The translations under genes were made by a program, and so were the position numbers. 64,000 nucleotides of DNA from Alphaproteobacteria bacterium (GTDB lineage Bacteria > Pseudomonadota > Alphaproteobacteria > SP197), in NCBI GenBank assembly GCA_965228895.1, contig OZ245842.1, positions 672,001 to 736,000 of the forward strand, written 5' to 3'. Of the stretch, positions 60,373 to 64,000 are shown in pieces; position 1 is the first letter of the stretch, and each line of letters starts with the position of its first letter. The notes under the pieces were generated by a model. The model made no database searches. It was not told the DNA's origin and saw nothing but the letters and a program-made list of their open reading frames with translations.

Positions 60373-61185
60373 ATGGTCGATCCATCAAGATTTGTCGATG
60401 TCCGTGGTGTCTCGAAAGTGTTTGAGACGGGCGGGCGTGTCGTCGAACCGATTGCCGTCATCAACGACGTCTCGATGACCTTGGCAGAGGGTGAATTCGT
60501 CGTCTATCTCGGCCCTTCCGGCTGCGGCAAGACGACCCTGATGCGCATCGTCGGCGGCCTGGAGACTGCGTCATCCGGCGAGATCTGGCTGGCTGACGAG
60601 AAGGTCACCGGGCCTGATCGGCGCAAGGGCATGGTGTTTCAGACCTACACCTCGTTTCCCTGGCTGACGGTCTCGGAAAACATTCACTTCGGCACCAAGT
60701 ACCGCACCGACATTTCGCCGAAGCAGAAGCAAGAGATTTCCGACCACTATCTCGACCTCGTCGGCCTCAACAAGTTCGCCGACTTTCACGTCAACCGCAT
60801 CTCGGGCGGTATGCGCCAACGTGTCGCTATTGCGCGAACCCTTGCCGCTGAGCCCGACATTTTGCTGATGGACGAACCGTTTGGCGCCCTTGATGCACAG
60901 ACCCGTGAACATCTGCAGGTCCAGATGCGCGAGATCTCGCGGATCGAGAACAAGACGGTGATTTTTGTGACCCACGATGTCGAGGAGGCGATCTTTCTTG
61001 CTGATCGCATCGTGATCTTTTCCGCGCGCCCGGCGACGATTGTCGAAGAAATCGACGTGACCCAAAAGCTGCCGGTTCACCGCGACATGACGACCAAGGA
61101 GACAGAGGACTTCTTCCACCTGCGCAACCATGTGCGTGACGTCATGCGACACCTGGAGACCGATGACGATGCGGTGGACGTGTAG
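60373..61185 (+). CDS. NitT/TauT ABC ATPase
   Basis: GPSGCGKT, SGGMRQR and DEPFGALD. Confidence 0.95.
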   Translation: MVDPSRFVDVRGVSKVFETGGRVVEPIAVINDVSMTLAEGEFVVYLGPSGCGKTTLMRIVGGLETASSGEIWLADEKVTGPDRRKGMVFQTYTSFPWLTVSENIHFGTKYRTDISPKQKQEISDHYLDLVGLNKFADFHVNRISGGMRQRVAIARTLAAEPDILLMDEPFGALDAQTREHLQVQMREISRIENKTVIFVTHDVEEAIFLADRIVIFSARPATIVEEIDVTQKLPVHRDMTTKETEDFFHLRNHVRDVMRHLETDDDAVDV

Positions 61186-61194
61186 GTGACCGGC

Positions 61195-61971
61195 ATGGCG
61201 ACCATGGGACTTGAAGGCAAAAAGGTGGTGATCACCGGCGGTAGCCGCGGGGTGGGATTGGGGATTGCTGAAGGGTTCGCCGGCGTTGGCTGTGACCTCA
61301 CGCTGATCGCCCTGGATGACGAGGTCGAGGACGTCGCCGCCCAACTGGCGGACAAGTACGGTTGCCCCGTGCGCGGCTTTCTATGCGACATCACCGATCG
61401 CGGCAGCTTGGACGCGGTGGCGCAGCAGATCGACCGGGTCGATGTGCTCGTCAACAACGCTGGCCTAGAACTCATCACGCCAATTGAAGACGAAGACCCG
61501 GATATCGAAGAGACGTTCCGACGCATCGTCGACATCAACGTCATGGGGACCTACTACGTCACACGGCGTTGCCTGCCCAAGATGCCGGATGGTGGGCGCA
61601 TCATCCTGACCGCATCGCAGTGGGCGAAGTCGGCGGTCGGCGAGTTCAGCGCCTATTGCGCGTCAAAACACGCCAACCTGGGTTTCATGCGCAGCCTGGC
61701 CAAGGAACTGGGGCCGCGCGGCATCAGCGTCAACGCGGTTTGCCCAGGCTGGGTCCGCACCATCGCCAGCATGCGTTCGCTCGCTGCCATGGCGCGCCGC
61801 GTCGACCGCGCCGAGAGCGACTTGTTGGATGAGATTGTCGCGGCCCAGGCGTTCCCCGGATTGATGGAGCCGCGTGAGATGGCCGACACCTATCTGTTCC
61901 TGGCTTCCGATGCGGCGCGCAACATTACCGGCCAAGCCATTACCGTCGACCGTGGTGACATATTGGTCTGA
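61195..61971 (+). CDS. Short-chain dehydrogenase/reductase (exact start uncertain)
   Basis: TGGSRGVG, NNAG, YCASK and NAVCPG. Confidence 0.92.
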   Translation: MATMGLEGKKVVITGGSRGVGLGIAEGFAGVGCDLTLIALDDEVEDVAAQLADKYGCPVRGFLCDITDRGSLDAVAQQIDRVDVLVNNAGLELITPIEDEDPDIEETFRRIVDINVMGTYYVTRRCLPKMPDGGRIILTASQWAKSAVGEFSAYCASKHANLGFMRSLAKELGPRGISVNAVCPGWVRTIASMRSLAAMARRVDRAESDLLDEIVAAQAFPGLMEPREMADTYLFLASDAARNITGQAITVDRGDILV

Positions 61972-61985
61972 AACGCGCGGACCCC

Positions 61986-63347
61986 TCAGGGTCCAATCAC
62001 GACCAGCTTCAAGTCGTTCACGTTGGTGCCGGTAGCACCGGTCATAATCAGCGATCCCATACCGTCCAGAGCCGGCGTGGCGTTGTGGCGCCGCAGCACG
62101 TCGTGGAGGTCGATGCCGGCCGCTGTTGCGCGTGCCATGCTCGATCCATCAACCAGACCGCCCGCTGCATCCGAAGGGCCGTCGGAACCGTCGGTATCGA
62201 TCCCCAACAGGGCGACATCATCCAGACCATCCAGATGGATAGCACCGGCTACGGCGAATTCCTGGTTGGGACCGCCTACACCGTGTGCGCCGTCGATCGT
62301 GACAGTGGTCTCGCCACCGCCGATCAGAACGCAAGGCGCAGGGATGGGATGACCGCTCAGCCGGACCTCATGCGCCATGGCTGCCATGGTTCGTCCGAGC
62401 TCACGGCTCTCACCCTCGAACGCCGTCGATAACAGGAGCGGCTGAAAGCCAAGCGCCTCGGCGCGCCGGGCGGCGGCGTGGCATGCGGCATCGGCGGCGA
62501 CGAGGACATGATCAATCCGATCGAGATGGGCGAGGTCGGCGTCTTTCGGTGTCTCCTGCGAAGGTCCGGCATGTTTCAGGTAATCGGCGATGGCGGCTGG
62601 AATGATCGGCCACAGGTTGTACTTGTCGAGCGTATGCCGTGCATCGTCGAAGGTTGCGGTATCGGGGACCGTCGGGTCGGTGATGTAGTCGAGAGCATCG
62701 CCGATAACGTCGGACACCGTCACGTTGATCAGGATGGTCCCAGCAGGCAACGCAGCAGCCAGCCGCCCCCCTTTCACGGTACTGACGTGTTTGCGCACAG
62801 CATTGATTTCGCGAATGTTCGCACCGCAGGTCAGCAGTTTGCGATTAAGCGCCTTCTTGTCGTCAAGCGAAACGCCGGAAACAGGCGAGACGAACAAAGC
62901 CGAGCTACCGCCCGTCACCGCAGCGATGACCACATCGCCCGGCCGCACGGCCTTCAGCAGATCGACGGTGCGCCCGGCTCCTTCCAATGACATCTCGTCG
63001 GGCACCGGGTGGGCGGCGTGCATGAGTTCGATATGCGTCAGACGACCTTGTTGCCCGGTCTTGCAGACGACAAGACCTGCGTCAACGCGTGCACCGAGCA
63101 TGTCATCAAGGACCTTGGCAATAGGAAACGTCGCCTTGCCGGTACCGATGACAAAGACCCGTCGCCCATCCAGATCAATGGCGCGTTGGCCGATCTTCAG
63201 GACGTTACCGTCAAGGGAGAGAAGGCTGGCGGCCGCTGCGCCAGGATCGCAAGCTGAGAGTGCGCTTTCGACGAGATCGAGCGCGACCTCACGCGCCGGA
63301 TTGGCGGCCTGAAGCAGTGCCTCGCGATTGGTAACGATCGGCTTCAT
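61986..63347 (-). CDS. Glycerate 2-kinase (MOFRL/TtuD family)
   Basis: GKA, HPVPD, GGSSAL, KGGRL, SDVIGD, GGETTV, TDG.DG and TGTNVND. Confidence 0.92.
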   Translation of the reverse strand: MKPIVTNREALLQAANPAREVALDLVESALSACDPGAAAASLLSLDGNVLKIGQRAIDLDGRRVFVIGTGKATFPIAKVLDDMLGARVDAGLVVCKTGQQGRLTHIELMHAAHPVPDEMSLEGAGRTVDLLKAVRPGDVVIAAVTGGSSALFVSPVSGVSLDDKKALNRKLLTCGANIREINAVRKHVSTVKGGRLAAALPAGTILINVTVSDVIGDALDYITDPTVPDTATFDDARHTLDKYNLWPIIPAAIADYLKHAGPSQETPKDADLAHLDRIDHVLVAADAACHAAARRAEALGFQPLLLSTAFEGESRELGRTMAAMAHEVRLSGHPIPAPCVLIGGGETTVTIDGAHGVGGPNQEFAVAGAIHLDGLDDVALLGIDTDGSDGPSDAAGGLVDGSSMARATAAGIDLHDVLRRHNATPALDGMGSLIMTGATGTNVNDLKLVVIGP

Positions 63348-63380
63348 GATGCATCGACCCGTCGTGCGGTCGACGTGGCG

Positions 63381-63998
63381 TCAGCCAGGCCGGTGAAAAT
63401 TGTGTCCGGCATAGGCGGCTGTCGCGCCGAGTTCCTCTTCGATCAGCAGCAGGCGGTTGTGTTTGGCGGTCCGTTCGCCGCGCACAGGCATGCCGGTCTT
63501 GATCTGGCCGCTGTTGAGTGCGACCACGAGGTCGGAAATGAGCGGATCTTCGGTCTCGCCGGACCGTTCGGAGACCTGCACGCCATAGCCATGGCGGTAG
63601 GCGAAGGCGGCGGCATCGAGCGCTTCGCTCAATGAGCCGATCTGGTTGACCTTGAACAGCATGGCGTTCGCGGCGCCGATGGCGACACCCATGCGCAGCC
63701 GTTCGACATTGGTGACGAACAAATCGTCGCCGACAATCTGCGTCTGCGGCAGTTCGTTGGTGACCTTGACGAACCCGTCGAGGTCGTCTTCATCGAGCGG
63801 GTCCTCCATGGAACCCAACGGATACTTGTCGGCGACTTGTTTATAGAGATCGATCAGGGCGTCACGGTCATAGTCGGTGTCGTCGAGAACGTAGACATCG
63901 CGCTCCTTGTCGAACCAATGGGTCGATGCGCAGTCGAGGCCGTAGACGATGTCTTCGCCGAAACCTGGCCGGTAGCCTGCCGCTTCGCAGGCGCGCTG
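63381..63998 (-). CDS. Enolase paralogue, 5'-partial, with variant active-site loop
   Basis: LDCAS, EDP, VGDDLFVTN, KVNQIG, SERSGETED and QIKTG; frame open to the window end. Confidence 0.88.
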   Translation of the reverse strand, partial: QRACEAAGYRPGFGEDIVYGLDCASTHWFDKERDVYVLDDTDYDRDALIDLYKQVADKYPLGSMEDPLDEDDLDGFVKVTNELPQTQIVGDDLFVTNVERLRMGVAIGAANAMLFKVNQIGSLSEALDAAAFAYRHGYGVQVSERSGETEDPLISDLVVALNSGQIKTGMPVRGERTAKHNRLLLIEEELGATAAYAGHNFHRPG

Positions 63999-64000
63999 CA

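Overview
A gene-dense, GC-rich bacterial segment, most consistent with an alphaproteobacterium, made up almost entirely of catabolic modules. From left to right: (1) a homogentisate-type cluster (fahA, MBL-fold protein, MhaA/MhaB-like hydroxylase, maiA); (2) a ~23 kb methylated-amine/betaine cluster (PLP decarboxylase, two non-pyrrolysine MttB homologues, AhpD-like, M29/NicX-like, soxBDAG-like, GntR, peptide-type ABC transporter, TMADH-like, DddP-like, GST, Rieske oxygenase) whose four promoter regions share a perfect TGTGATCACA palindrome; (3) a CMD-family gene remnant; (4) a GntR/SDR/enolase-superfamily/aldolase unit; (5) a trigonelline-type tgnC/B/D-like unit joined to an Xsc-like ThDP enzyme; (6) a LysR redox operon interrupted by an AT-richer DUF4142/cupredoxin insert; (7) a TfdA-like dioxygenase with an HxV motif; (8) a BVMO/CoA cassette bracketed by a 64-bp covarying hairpin repeat; (9) galE and uxs; (10) a NitT/TauT ABC system; (11) glycerate kinase plus a variant enolase. 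I saw no rRNA, tRNA, CRISPR array or transposase. Family calls come from motif recognition and recalled reference sequences; no database search was run.
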